The notes under the pieces are model-generated. The model ran no database searches, was not told the DNA's origin, and worked only from the letters and a program-made list of their open reading frames with translations. Source: a phage. From it: 64,000 bases of DNA. Shown piece by piece: positions 18,769 through 28,376 of the stretch; the stretch's first letter is position 1; each line of letters starts with the position of its first letter. Location: the sequence record PZ583743.1; one strand, given 5' to 3'. The position numbers and the translations under genes are program-made.

Positions 18769-19130
18769 TACAAACTCTCAGTAAAGGTACGAGCGATAAC
18801 GTCGCGCTGCTGTTCCGGAGTCAGAGAGTTAAAGCGAACTGCATAACCGGATACACGGATGGTCAGCTGCGGATATTTTTCCGGATGCTTAACTGCATCT
18901 TCCAGAGTTTCACGACGCAGAACGTTAACGTTCAGGTGTTGACCACCTTCAATTTTAACTGTAGGCTGTTGCTCAATTTCAATTTCACGGGCATGCAAAC
19001 CATAGAAAATTTCTGGGTCTACAAAAGAGTCCTCTTTAAAGGTTTTAGAGACAATAATTCGTGCTTGAATACCATCTTCAAAATAAATAGTACCTTTATG
19101 TGTGCCTTCAAGAATTTGATATGCTTTCAT
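18768..19130 (-). CDS. Autonomous glycyl-radical cofactor (GrcA/YfiD-like; T4 Y06I-type)
   Basis: 120 aa; C-terminal [17 protein letters not shown] glycyl-radical motif. Confidence 0.8.
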   Translation of the reverse strand: MKAYQILEGTHKGTIYFEDGIQARIIVSKTFKEDSFVDPEIFYGLHAREIEIEQQPTVKIEGGQHLNVNVLRRETLEDAVKHPEKYPQLTIRVSGYAVRFNSLTPEQQRDVIARTFTESL

Positions 19131-19136
19131 ATAACC

Positions 19137-19466
19137 TCAATTAGAAAATAAATTTATCCAAGATTGTTCTTTAATTAAAAATGGCTCAGAATCATATGCC
19201 ATTAAACTTTGGGTGATTAGTCCTTTAAAAGGTCCATCAATAAATTCCATGGTAAAATATGGAATTTTATTCATTAATCTTGCATTAGGAGCAGTGCACA
19301 AAACTCTGCATCCTTTGAATACGCCTTTTTGTAATTTGTATTGCTTAGGATAAAATTCGCTCAAGACGTTGTTATTTGCCAAAATTTCAAAATGATTCAC
19401 CAATTTATTTTTAATAGTTTTTGGCGAAAAATAAAGATATTCGAAAAGTTGCGTATCTGTCATCAT
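19137..19466 (-). CDS. Hypothetical protein, ~109 aa
   Basis: Start at ATG 19464-19466 overlapping the upstream TGA (ATGA). Confidence 0.45.
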   Translation of the reverse strand: MMTDTQLFEYLYFSPKTIKNKLVNHFEILANNNVLSEFYPKQYKLQKGVFKGCRVLCTAPNARLMNKIPYFTMEFIDGPFKGLITQSLMAYDSEPFLIKEQSWINLFSN

Positions 19467-20050
19467 TGCATCCCAATTACGAAAAACTGCGGACGAGTAA
19501 TACCGCCAATGCAGCATTTACTATTGCAGCAGTAATGTACAGTGTCAATATGGACGCTATAAATTTTATCCATATCAGGAGATTTAACAGGCTCATCGAT
19601 TATATACAAAATCCGCGAAAGCGATAAACCTCTGAACTTGCTTCCTTTATTACCGATAAAACTACGGACAGAATCGGTAAATAAGCGGAATCGAATATCA
19701 TCGCTAGAATAACGCGAAAATTCTTTTTTAATGTGGCCCGCAGAAATTTTAGCGTAAGCTGAAGTATTAGAAAGAACAATAACTGTTCCACCGTCATACA
19801 ACCAATTAGCGGCAAAATTAGTTACTGCAGTTGATTTACCGGATTGACGTCCACCATCTAGTCGAAGTGTGCAATACTGTTTGAGTAAGTCTTCAAATGG
19901 TGGGATATAATCGTTTTTACAAATTTCTTCTACTCTAGCATCAGAATGGTGTGTAAAAGCATTCATCAGGGATAGATAAGGACCAGTTAAAAATGTTCTC
20001 ATTTTGTTATCTCTAAATTTGGGCCATTCCATGGCGCATGAATTGTCCAT
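19463..20050 (-). CDS. P-loop NTPase-like hypothetical protein (start uncertain)
   Basis: Walker A-like GGRQSGKST; the annotated N-terminus lies inside a repeated intergenic element, so the true start may be further downstream. Confidence 0.5.
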   Translation of the reverse strand: MDNSCAMEWPKFRDNKMRTFLTGPYLSLMNAFTHHSDARVEEICKNDYIPPFEDLLKQYCTLRLDGGRQSGKSTAVTNFAANWLYDGGTVIVLSNTSAYAKISAGHIKKEFSRYSSDDIRFRLFTDSVRSFIGNKGSKFRGLSLSRILYIIDEPVKSPDMDKIYSVHIDTVHYCCNSKCCIGGITRPQFFVIGMQ

Positions 20051-20242
20051 TTCTGTGTTTACCCATTACCGCGCTTGGGCTCGACCTTATTACAGGTTGG
20101 CGGGAATCCCTCATAGAATCATGAGGTCCAGGTTGTTCCCATGTTATTTGAATGTAAATATTTTTGCCTTAATACTTATACCAGTGTGGCTTCATTAAAA
20201 TTTTTTCATCGAGTCATTTTACCTCTCCAAGTAATTATGAAT

Positions 20243-20272
20243 ATACTATCACAATTTTAGGAGAAAGTAAAC
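20243..20272 (-). promoter_or_regulatory. Early-type promoter (GTTTAC, 18 nt, TAGTAT)
   Basis: -35 at 20267-20272, -10 at 20243-20248. Confidence 0.45.
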
Positions 20273-20274
20273 TG

Positions 20275-20577
20275 TTATTTACCTTTAATTACTTTAGCTG
20301 CTTCGATAGCCGCTTGCTGAAGGTCATCCATAGACATACCGAATTTAGAAGCAAAGTTATCAATTTTCTTTTCGACAGCATTCAAAGGCTTGGCCTGTTT
20401 ACCTTCATTAGCGCCAGGAAGAGCGAGAATACGCTCTTTGTCAATATAAAGGCTTACAAGTTTCTTACGGTCTTTATCGGACAAATCGTGAAATGAATGG
20501 GCCTTTTTATTTATAGCGGCTTCTAATTTACCTGCACTCACTCGCGCTTCAGTAATAAATTCTTGATATGTTTTCAT
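20275..20577 (-). CDS. ipII: Internal protein II
   Basis: 100 aa; capsid-targeting leader MKTYQEFITEA; size matches T4 IPII. Confidence 0.85.
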   Translation of the reverse strand: MKTYQEFITEARVSAGKLEAAINKKAHSFHDLSDKDRKKLVSLYIDKERILALPGANEGKQAKPLNAVEKKIDNFASKFGMSMDDLQQAAIEAAKVIKGK

Positions 20578-20685
20578 GTGTTTCCTTTAAATGTAAATAG
20601 TTTTATTCTTTAAGTTTGGGACAATTCATGCGTGCGAATTGTCCGTTTCTATATTTATCTATTACCGGGTTCGAACTCGGCTTTA

Positions 20686-21267
20686 TTAAGAATTACCACG
20701 GGCTGCATTAGCAACAGCGTAAGCGTACTGAACATTAGCGTCCTTAAACGTACCTTTAGAGGTATCTATTTCTGCCTTAAAGCCGCCTTTAGCCATAACA
20801 TCAGCAAATTCTTTACGGAAGGCCATTGCATCAAGACCTTTCCATGATGATTTATGCTTGGCGAATTCAAGACCAGCGTAGTTGACAGCCTTAGCTAATT
20901 TATTATCAATAACCCATTTACCAGCTTTAGGCACAAACACCGGGCCTTTCTGTTTAGAGAATAGTTTTAAATTCCAGCGACGAAGGTCACCGTCAGCTTT
21001 AACAAAAGCTGCATCCAAGTTACTAGCAACAACATCTTGAATATGGCCAAATTTAAGCCCATCAACTTCAATATTTAGATCGGTACGCCAGCGAAGTCCT
21101 TCCCAAGCGAAAGCTTTAAAGTCGGAAGCTTTTGTAGCTAAGTATCGTTCAATAGGAGCAGTTTTAGGGTCAAAGCCGTTTCCACCACGATAGTTCCACT
21201 CATCTTTATTAATGCCTTGAGCTTTTCCTGTAAAGGCTTCGGCGATAAATTCTTTATATGTTTTCAT
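20686..21267 (-). CDS. ipIII: Internal protein III
   Basis: 193 aa; leader MKTYKEFIAEA; matches T4 IPIII as remembered. Confidence 0.85.
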   Translation of the reverse strand: MKTYKEFIAEAFTGKAQGINKDEWNYRGGNGFDPKTAPIERYLATKASDFKAFAWEGLRWRTDLNIEVDGLKFGHIQDVVASNLDAAFVKADGDLRRWNLKLFSKQKGPVFVPKAGKWVIDNKLAKAVNYAGLEFAKHKSSWKGLDAMAFRKEFADVMAKGGFKAEIDTSKGTFKDANVQYAYAVANAARGNS

Positions 21268-21297
21268 TTTTGTTTCCTTGTTTGTTTTGATAGAGTA

Positions 21298-21327
21298 ATT
21301 ATACCATATTAATACTTAAGCGTAAAC
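21298..21327 (-). promoter_or_regulatory. Early-type promoter (GTTTAC, 18 nt, TATAAT) upstream of ipIII
   Basis: -35 at 21322-21327, -10 at 21298-21303. Confidence 0.5.
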
Positions 21328-21330
21328 CGT

Positions 21331-21590
21331 TTAAGCTTTACCGCCAGAAATAATTCCGAAGTTGTTAAAATCGTATCCAATATCGTCAACATCTACTTTA
21401 GGGCTTGCTGCAACATAAGCAATTTCACTATGTTTTGCATGGTGTTGATTTCTTTACCATCGCCACCTAAGAAAAAATACCCATTACGTTTTAATGAGCC
21501 AAAGTCTTCCGCATCACCAATGAAAGCTTTAACTTTAAATTTAGGACCTTTGGCATCTGCTTCAGCGATAAATTCTTGATACATTTTCAT
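21331..21590 (-). pseudogene. Internal-protein-like gene, apparently frameshifted
   Basis: 65-aa ORF 21393..21590 carries leader MKMYQEFIAEA; a second frame stays open ~23 further codons to a stop at 21331-21333. Confidence 0.4.
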
Positions 21591-21596
21591 TTTTCC

Positions 21597-22010
21597 TTAG
21601 TAAATTGATTTACCATAGTATTTGTACCAAGTAGGACGTTGAGCAATTTTTTCATCTAAGCGTGCTTGACTTATCGCAATGGACGCTTCGGACGGGACAT
21701 AATTATTACGAAATTCGGCAGGGATGTCGGAAATATCCTGGACAGTCGCGTCCTTGATTTTGAAACCACGTTTCAAGCATTCAGCGATTAGCTCGATTTG
21801 ACGTAAACGTAAAAATTCGAGTTTGTCGTAAAAGAATGTTACGTGACCTGTGCCTAAGATAAATGTTGGAGAGATTTTAAAATCCTTTACACGTTTACCG
21901 TTTTGAACATGTTTACGGACTGCACCAAATACGCGTGGTAATTCACGATACTCTGCCATAAGATGTTGGTCGGTCAGTTCAGAAACAAGTGTTAAATTGA
22001 TACGAGTCAT
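21597..22010 (-). CDS. denV: Endonuclease V (pyrimidine-dimer DNA glycosylase)
   Basis: [35 protein letters not shown] matches T4 DenV as remembered; start at ATG 22008-22010 after GGAGG. Confidence 0.9.
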   Translation of the reverse strand: MTRINLTLVSELTDQHLMAEYRELPRVFGAVRKHVQNGKRVKDFKISPTFILGTGHVTFFYDKLEFLRLRQIELIAECLKRGFKIKDATVQDISDIPAEFRNNYVPSEASIAISQARLDEKIAQRPTWYKYYGKSIY

Positions 22011-22037
22011 AATTTCCTCCAAGTAGTTGATGAATGT

Positions 22038-22067
22038 ATAGTATCAAAGTCCTTGGAGGAAGTAAAC
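22038..22067 (-). promoter_or_regulatory. Early-type promoter (GTTTAC, 18 nt, TACTAT) for denV
   Basis: -35 at 22062-22067, -10 at 22038-22043. Confidence 0.5.
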
Positions 22068-22068
22068 A

Positions 22069-22871
<803 letters not shown>

Positions 22872-23327
22872 TTAAAAGAGGCTGTTCATTATTCGGTAAA
22901 GTGAAGGGCCCATCACATATTGCCACTGGGTATGAGGAATAAGAGCAAAAGCATCCATCTCTGGAATCATAACGCCATCTTTATTTTCAAAATAAGACTC
23001 GCAATGGCAATTTCTAAACATCTCATGCTCTACTGGAATCGTATAATAAAATAACTGTAAGTCTTTATTACTAGAATATTTAAATACACCTAGGTCTTCT
23101 AGAAGGTCTGGATTATAATTGCTAAAGCCAGTCTCTTCTAAACATTCTCTTCGTGCTGCATCTAGCGCGCTTAAATCAGAATTTTCTACACGGCCCTTTG
23201 GAATATCCCAGCGATGGGCCATCATTCCAGGCTTACGAGAACCGGTAACCCGACCCATAAATAAATCTTTATCTTCTGTCATAAAGATAATACCAGCTGA
23301 TAATGTTTTCATTTTAATTTCCTGCAT
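22872..23327 (-). CDS. nudE: Nudix hydrolase NudE
   Basis: 151 aa; Nudix box (RRECLEETGF); position directly after e. Confidence 0.8.
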   Translation of the reverse strand: MQEIKMKTLSAGIIFMTEDKDLFMGRVTGSRKPGMMAHRWDIPKGRVENSDLSALDAARRECLEETGFSNYNPDLLEDLGVFKYSSNKDLQLFYYTIPVEHEMFRNCHCESYFENKDGVMIPEMDAFALIPHTQWQYVMGPSLYRIMNSLF

Positions 23328-23797
23328 TCAGTGATAAAGTTATTTAAATTTTGAGTATATTTCTTTTCATCAAAAATCTTTTGTTGTCTGCGTAGCCGCC
23401 ATGGCATTTCAATGAACGTGTACCATATCCCAGATAATATTGCTGCTGTAAAAATATTAACAAGTATGGTTAAAAGAATCCAATCTCCTATTCTGTCCAT
23501 TGGATTTTTTATAAAAAAGTAAAATACGAATGATGTCACAGGAAGACTAATAATATACCACAGAATCATAATTTTATCTGTGAACCAATCAGCGTTCGTT
23601 AACTTAGCGCGACCATTATGAATACACACGAATTTATCATCTGTTATAATAGATGGCTTAGCTGCTTGATATCCCATTCTAAACTCCCTAATCAACAAAT
23701 TTTTCATATCTTCGGAACAACCATTCCAGTCAACTCTATCAACTGAAATGCCATCATCCCCATCATCTAAATCATACCAGCGAGTTTTTAAAATCAT
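23309..23797 (-). CDS. Hypothetical membrane protein, 162 aa
   Basis: Hydrophobic helices in the C-terminal half. Confidence 0.5.
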   Translation of the reverse strand: MILKTRWYDLDDGDDGISVDRVDWNGCSEDMKNLLIREFRMGYQAAKPSIITDDKFVCIHNGRAKLTNADWFTDKIMILWYIISLPVTSFVFYFFIKNPMDRIGDWILLTILVNIFTAAILSGIWYTFIEMPWRLRRQQKIFDEKKYTQNLNNFITECRKLK

Positions 23798-24156
23798 TTA
23801 ATTTTCCTACAATCACTCACAAACTCTTCCATTGATTCTTTTTCAATATAAGACATGTAGCTATTATATTCTTTTAATTGTATTTTGTAATCTTTTTTTC
23901 TTTGCCAATTTATTTTAAAATTATCATAATGAAAATATAACATGGTACCAAAGAATGAAAATAATGAAATAATTTTAGTATAGTGAAGTTCACTCCAAAC
24001 TTCTATTATATTTACTGTGCCGTCAATGTTTAAAATAAGACAGTCAATTAACAATCCAAAAAGACTACCCGCAAGAGCTGCAGCCAACGCCACAGCAAAA
24101 ATTAAAAATGACTCAGGAAGCGAATATTTGACTTTATTTAGTTTTGGCTTTTGCAT
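23794..24156 (-). CDS. Hypothetical membrane protein, 120 aa
   Basis: Two predicted transmembrane segments by eye. Confidence 0.5.
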   Translation of the reverse strand: MQKPKLNKVKYSLPESFLIFAVALAAALAGSLFGLLIDCLILNIDGTVNIIEVWSELHYTKIISLFSFFGTMLYFHYDNFKINWQRKKDYKIQLKEYNSYMSYIEKESMEEFVSDCRKIK

Positions 24157-24551
24157 CGTGATTCCTTAACAAATTTCATAATTTCATCAAATTCATATGC
24201 AGCAAGTTTAAGCTGGTGTTCCTTTTTAATCTTTTTGCACTGTGCTTTCCAATCACGTACGCGTTTACGATAATGTCTTCCTTGATACCAGTATCCTACC
24301 CAATTTACAGGTACTAATAAAAATGGAACTATCATTGGAAGAATTAGTGTTGACGCAAATATTATATTAGATTCAATATTAGTCATAACATCTATAACTA
24401 TTCCAACCCCCAGTAGAATTACAAATGATACAGCTATTACAGGACCTATTAATACATCAGTAGAAATTAGCTGGCGCTTTAATTCATACTTTAAGGGTTT
24501 ACTTGGAAGATACATTGATGGCTTTGACATATTCTCTACATTCCTTAACAA
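24138..24551 (-). CDS. Hypothetical membrane protein, 137 aa
   Basis: Two predicted transmembrane segments by eye. Confidence 0.5.
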   Translation of the reverse strand: MLRNVENMSKPSMYLPSKPLKYELKRQLISTDVLIGPVIAVSFVILLGVGIVIDVMTNIESNIIFASTLILPMIVPFLLVPVNWVGYWYQGRHYRKRVRDWKAQCKKIKKEHQLKLAAYEFDEIMKFVKESRCKSQN

Positions 24552-25107
24552 ATTTTTCTAGTAATAAATCACTTTCAAAATTAGGATTTTCCACTAATTT
24601 ATCAAAAAGATCATCAACAATATTCAAGATATTTCTTTTACTAAGAATACGTTTATTTTCATGCTTCGTTTCAGAATCAACTATAAGAGTAAAGAAATAT
24701 TTCTTTCCCTGAAATTTTACTGTAGTATCAATATAGAATAAATTTGACTTTTGTAAGTTACGTTTAAACCATGCGTCACTTAAACTATAAACACCGAGAT
24801 AATCAAAATCGTCGTTTAAATAACAAACTGTCCATTCAGGAGAAATGAAATCAGTAAATTCAACATCAAAATCGCATGTCAATGAATAAATTGATTCAAT
24901 ACTGTTAATAAGTATTCCAGGACGTATTAAAGACTTTTTACCTCTGGAAAATCTTCCAGAAAGACTTTCATCAGTTTCATACGAAGAGCCCCAATAGTAA
25001 TTACGTCCTTCTGCCATACGTTTAAGAGCATTTAGTAATTGGTCTGGAACATCAACTTGTCTTTGAAACTCTTCAAACATTGAATTGAAATCATTTTGCA
25101 TTCTCAT
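24499..25107 (-). CDS. Hypothetical protein, 202 aa
   Basis: Track ORF. Confidence 0.5.
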   Translation of the reverse strand: MRMQNDFNSMFEEFQRQVDVPDQLLNALKRMAEGRNYYWGSSYETDESLSGRFSRGKKSLIRPGILINSIESIYSLTCDFDVEFTDFISPEWTVCYLNDDFDYLGVYSLSDAWFKRNLQKSNLFYIDTTVKFQGKKYFFTLIVDSETKHENKRILSKRNILNIVDDLFDKLVENPNFESDLLLEKFVKECREYVKAINVSSK

Positions 25108-25148
25108 TCCTATTTACTCCAAGTAATAGGGGCCGAAGCCCCTTATCA

Positions 25149-25742
25149 TTATTTCAGAGAATTAATGTATTCCTGAACATCGGCAGAGGTGGTTTCAACC
25201 CCAGAAATATTGCCGTTAAAGGTTTCAACTCGAGCAAGGGTATCTTCAATATCAACCTTAGTCAGTGCTGCAATTTCAACTACATCATCGGCAGTACTAA
25301 TTCCAAGGGCATTTGCCGCACGAGTTTCACGAATATATTCCAATTTAACTGCAAGTTCTTGGCGAGCATCATCTAACTCAACTACTTTCTTGGCGATTTC
25401 AATTCGCATTTCAGCATAACCATCAGCTTTAGTAGTCAGTTGTTCAGCTGTTCGACGATATAGTAAACCGAGTTTAGCATGCATTGTTACATCTTGACCT
25501 TCGGAAAGAAGCTTGCGAATTTCACGCTCTTTTGATTCGGCTTGCTTATTCTTTTCGACAATAAGTTCACGAATACGCTTTTCTTCATTAATAGATTTAA
25601 CGGAAGCAGTTTTTAGATCTTTAATCTTATCAAGTAGTTTTGCTGCTGCAGCAGTATACTGTTCTTCAACAGATAGATTTTTAGCCATAGCAGAACCAAG
25701 TTTAGTGCGAATAAACTCAACAATTTTCTTCAGTGTGTTCAT
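25149..25742 (-). CDS. Coiled-coil protein, 197 aa (possibly PspA/IM30-like)
   Basis: Long heptad-rich helices; PspA resemblance is a weak impression only. Confidence 0.55.
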
Positions 25743-25769
25743 AGTATTTCCTTAGGTTGATACAATTAG

Positions 25770-25799
25770 ATAATATCACGTTTTTAATAGATTGTAAAC
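25770..25799 (-). promoter_or_regulatory. Early-type promoter (GTTTAC, 18 nt, TATTAT)
   Basis: -35 at 25794-25799, -10 at 25770-25775. Confidence 0.45.
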
Positions 25800-26135
25800 T
25801 TATTCTTCGTCTAGCTCATCGATAAAGACGTCGATGGCCTTGATAACGGCATCATTGATAGCCAATAAAGTAAAATCATCGTCAGTGCCTTTAGAAGATT
25901 CTAAAGCATTGATATATGCTTGGTTAGCAAGTTCCCAAGCCTTTTTAAAATAAGGAGCTTCATCATCAGGACAAATATCCCGCACGCCTTCAAAGATACG
26001 TTTGGCATAATCTAACACCCACTGTACAGGCATGTTTTGAGAACGTTCGTTAAACTCTTTAAAGTCCTTAGATTCAAAAAGCTCTTCAGGATAATAATTT
26101 CGATTACAAAAAGCTTTACTAAAGTTGCGTTTCAT
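25800..26135 (-). CDS. Hypothetical acidic protein, 111 aa
   Basis: Track ORF. Confidence 0.5.
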   Translation of the reverse strand: MKRNFSKAFCNRNYYPEELFESKDFKEFNERSQNMPVQWVLDYAKRIFEGVRDICPDDEAPYFKKAWELANQAYINALESSKGTDDDFTLLAINDAVIKAIDVFIDELDEE

Positions 26136-26190
26136 AATGTTCTCCTCAAATTATAGGCTCATAATATCTCAATCATGAGCCTATGTAAAC

Positions 26191-26466
26191 TTATTTCATA
26201 TTATTAAAATATTCTTCTGCGATTTCGTCGTTATCATGGTAAACTTTAGAAGACAGTTTAACATAACCTTCAGCAGTGAACATGTTAATCACAACCTTTA
26301 CAGTATACCACTGACCATCTTCATTACCCATTACTGCGTAAGTTTCAAACATCGGATGATCAGGACCGATAACTTTAATATCATTCACTGTACGACCGAA
26401 ATCTTCTGAAACGCATTTCATAAAGAAGTTGAACAGTTCGCCGTAATTATCCATTTCATTCTCCAA
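26191..26466 (-). CDS. Hypothetical protein, 91 aa
   Basis: Track ORF with early promoter upstream. Confidence 0.5.
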   Translation of the reverse strand: MENEMDNYGELFNFFMKCVSEDFGRTVNDIKVIGPDHPMFETYAVMGNEDGQWYTVKVVINMFTAEGYVKLSSKVYHDNDEIAEEYFNNMK

Positions 26467-26498
26467 GTTGTTTTTCTGTATCAGTAGTTGATAGTTGT

Positions 26499-26528
26499 AT
26501 AGTACAACGGAAGAACAGGGATGTAAAC
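26499..26528 (-). promoter_or_regulatory. Early-type promoter (GTTTAC, 18 nt, TACTAT)
   Basis: -35 at 26523-26528, -10 at 26499-26504. Confidence 0.5.
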
Positions 26529-26660
26529 AGTTTTGTGAAAAATTTTTTAAAAAGTTTTAGGGAATTCTAGGGCAGGGAGGGGCAATTAAAGGATAGGATA
26601 ATATATTATAAAGGGTAGAAACTAAATGATGCCTAGAGAGGTCCAGAAAGGCCTAGATAC

Positions 26661-26686
26661 CAAAAAGCCCTATCATTTAGATAGGG
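26661..26686 (-). terminator. Rho-independent terminator
   Basis: Hairpin CCCTATC-ATTTAG-ATAGGG followed by a T-run on the minus strand. Confidence 0.5.
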
Positions 26687-26694
26687 ATTTAAAA

Positions 26695-27258
26695 TTATTT
26701 ATCTAGTTTAGTTATTATAGCTTCTGCGGCAGCTTTTAGCTTAGATGCGGTGTTAATACGATTTTTAATTTCAGTATACGCATCGCCAAGAACATCAAGG
26801 CTATCAGAATAAACACTTACACTATTGCGTTCGCTATTTGAAATAGAACCTTTAGTTTTACGATCAAAATCGGTGTACACGTCTTGAAGATCACGGGCTG
26901 CCTTCTTTGCATCATCCAATGCATCAAGAGCTTTATTCAAAGCATTAACGTATTTTTTAGTGTCGAACATATTCTTAGAAATTTTAACAGGTGCACGTTC
27001 AGGAGTAGCTAAGGCAGATTTAGGAACCTGAGCGCCTGATGCTAATTTCTTAGAAATTTTGAAAAATGTTTTATTGAATTTATTTTCTTGACTCATCGTA
27101 AAAGAACTATTATCGATGTTATACATTTCAATAGCTTTAGCTTTCCACTTAAGAAAATCGCCCCGGTCTTTTGGGTCCAAGTGGAAGAATACTTTAGTAA
27201 GATCTGCTTCAGATGGTAATTTTGCTGCTTCGGTTAAAAATTCGGCATAAGTTTTCAT
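26695..27258 (-). CDS. Internal-protein-like protein, 187 aa
   Basis: Leader MKTYAEFLTEA; no T4 counterpart recognised. Confidence 0.6.
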   Translation of the reverse strand: MKTYAEFLTEAAKLPSEADLTKVFFHLDPKDRGDFLKWKAKAIEMYNIDNSSFTMSQENKFNKTFFKISKKLASGAQVPKSALATPERAPVKISKNMFDTKKYVNALNKALDALDDAKKAARDLQDVYTDFDRKTKGSISNSERNSVSVYSDSLDVLGDAYTEIKNRINTASKLKAAAEAIITKLDK

Positions 27259-27344
27259 TTAAAATCCTTGAAATAATTTATTGGTTATTAATTATTTATC
27301 ACGTTGTTATCATCCATGTTAGCATTCTCTGAGTGATTCAAACT

Positions 27345-27470
27345 AAAAAGCCCCAACCTTTCGGTCGGGGCTAAGCCTTGCGGCAACCTTGTCGGGGTTC
27401 CACCTGCTAAGGCAAGTGTTTGTACGAAACGCCGGGATTCGAACCCGGTTATTAAGTAGTTGACGCTACT
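27345..27470 (-). ncRNA. Putative structured stable RNA (tRNA-like arm, terminator at 3' end)
   Basis: Contains CCGGGTTCGAATCCCGG T-arm-like hairpin and ends in GCCCCGACC-GAAA-GGTTGGGGC plus T-run. Confidence 0.35.
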
Positions 27471-27479
27471 CAATATTTT

Positions 27480-27680
27480 TAAAAGGCCATATCTCGACCA
27501 TATCCGAACGTTCCGTCAAAAACGCTACTCGGCTTACGGCAAAGATATTTCCTCGAATCGATAATTCGGTGCGCCGTTTCTGCTGTGATAGTAAAGAATC
27601 AGAACACAGTAAAACTGTGGGAGAAACTATACTCCAGGGAACATCAGTCCGACGACTTACCGGTAGCGACCCGGTTTCTT
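27480..27680 (-). ncRNA. Possible second stable RNA
   Basis: About 200 nt with no credible ORF between the 116-aa gene and the first RNA; placement by analogy to T4 species C/D RNAs. Confidence 0.2.
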
Positions 27681-28029
27681 AGTATTCTTTTAAAGCATCA
27701 ACCTGTCCACGACGTTTACGCCATAAATCAATTACTTCATACGCAGATTCAGCATTTCGAATTGGACGGCATTTATATAAAGACTTGTGATTTTGATATT
27801 GTGTAGATAATGGAATTTTATCTAAAAGGTCTTTACGTTCAAAGTATTCGTAACCATCTAAACCAAATGAACGATTTTTGAGAAATTGCCAATGACCGTA
27901 TTCGTTTTCGACATAAACATAATCTGCATGCTGATAAAGTAAATTAATTACACGTTCAGAAATAACAGTGTCATTGTGATTAAAATAGAATGTTAAATCA
28001 TGAACTACTAAATAAACATTACCTTTCAT
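27679..28029 (-). CDS. Hypothetical protein, 116 aa
   Basis: Track ORF directly downstream of the tRNA cluster. Confidence 0.5.
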   Translation of the reverse strand: MKGNVYLVVHDLTFYFNHNDTVISERVINLLYQHADYVYVENEYGHWQFLKNRSFGLDGYEYFERKDLLDKIPLSTQYQNHKSLYKCRPIRNAESAYEVIDLWRKRRGQVDALKEY

Positions 28030-28045
28030 ATTTTCCTCACTTAAT

Positions 28046-28121
28046 TGGTCGAGGCAGTAGGGATCGAACCTACGACCTAGGACTTAGAAGGTCCTTGCTC
28101 TTCCTTCTGAGCTATGCCTCG
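28046..28121 (-). tRNA. tRNA-Arg (anticodon UCU), CCA encoded
   Basis: Folds by eye: acceptor CGAGGCA/TGCCTCG, loop CTTCTAA, T-arm GTAGG-TTCGATC-CCTAC. Confidence 0.85.
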
Positions 28122-28125
28122 GATT

Positions 28126-28200
28126 TGGCGGACGTGATAGGATTCGAACCTATAACCAATCGCTTAACAGGCGATCGCTCTGCCATTGAGCTACACATCC
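28126..28200 (-). tRNA. tRNA-Asn (anticodon GUU), CCA encoded
   Basis: Acceptor GGATGTG/CACGTCC, loop CTGTTAA, T-arm ATAGG-TTCGAAT-CCTAT. Confidence 0.8.
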
Positions 28201-28204
28201 AAAT

Positions 28205-28291
28205 TGGTGGGGAGTGGTGGAGTCGAACCACCCGAGTCGCAATGACAATGGATTTACAGTCCACACCGCTACCTCTACGGGATAACTCCCC
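28205..28291 (-). tRNA. tRNA-Tyr (anticodon GUA), class II long variable arm, CCA encoded
   Basis: 87 nt; loop CTGTAAA identical to E. coli tRNA-Tyr; T-arm GGTGG-TTCGACT-CCACC. Confidence 0.8.
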
Positions 28292-28300
28292 AAATTAATT

Positions 28301-28375
28301 TGGTGGCCCTGGGTGGAATTGAACCACCATCTGGCGATTATGAGTCGCTTGCTTGAACCTTCCAGCTACAGGGCC
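28301..28375 (-). tRNA. tRNA with CAU anticodon (Ile2-lysidine type or Met), CCA encoded
   Basis: Acceptor GGCCCTG/CAGGGCC, loop CTCATAA; sits at the T4 tRNA-Ile position. Confidence 0.8.
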
Positions 28376-28376
28376 T

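Noticed and set aside
5430-20198. Scattered short plus-strand ORFs across the early region (e.g. 5430..5612, 9280..9519, 10295..10927, 11156..11722, 13609..13824, 17576..17788, 18762..19151, 19341..19627, 20004..20198)
   Set aside because: All overlap minus-strand genes that are packed end to end with coupled stops and starts; none has a promoter or ribosome-binding site in the plus orientation.
27288-27473. Minus-strand 61-aa ORF
   Set aside because: Overlaps the terminator hairpin and tRNA-like arm of the putative stable RNA; no ribosome-binding site.
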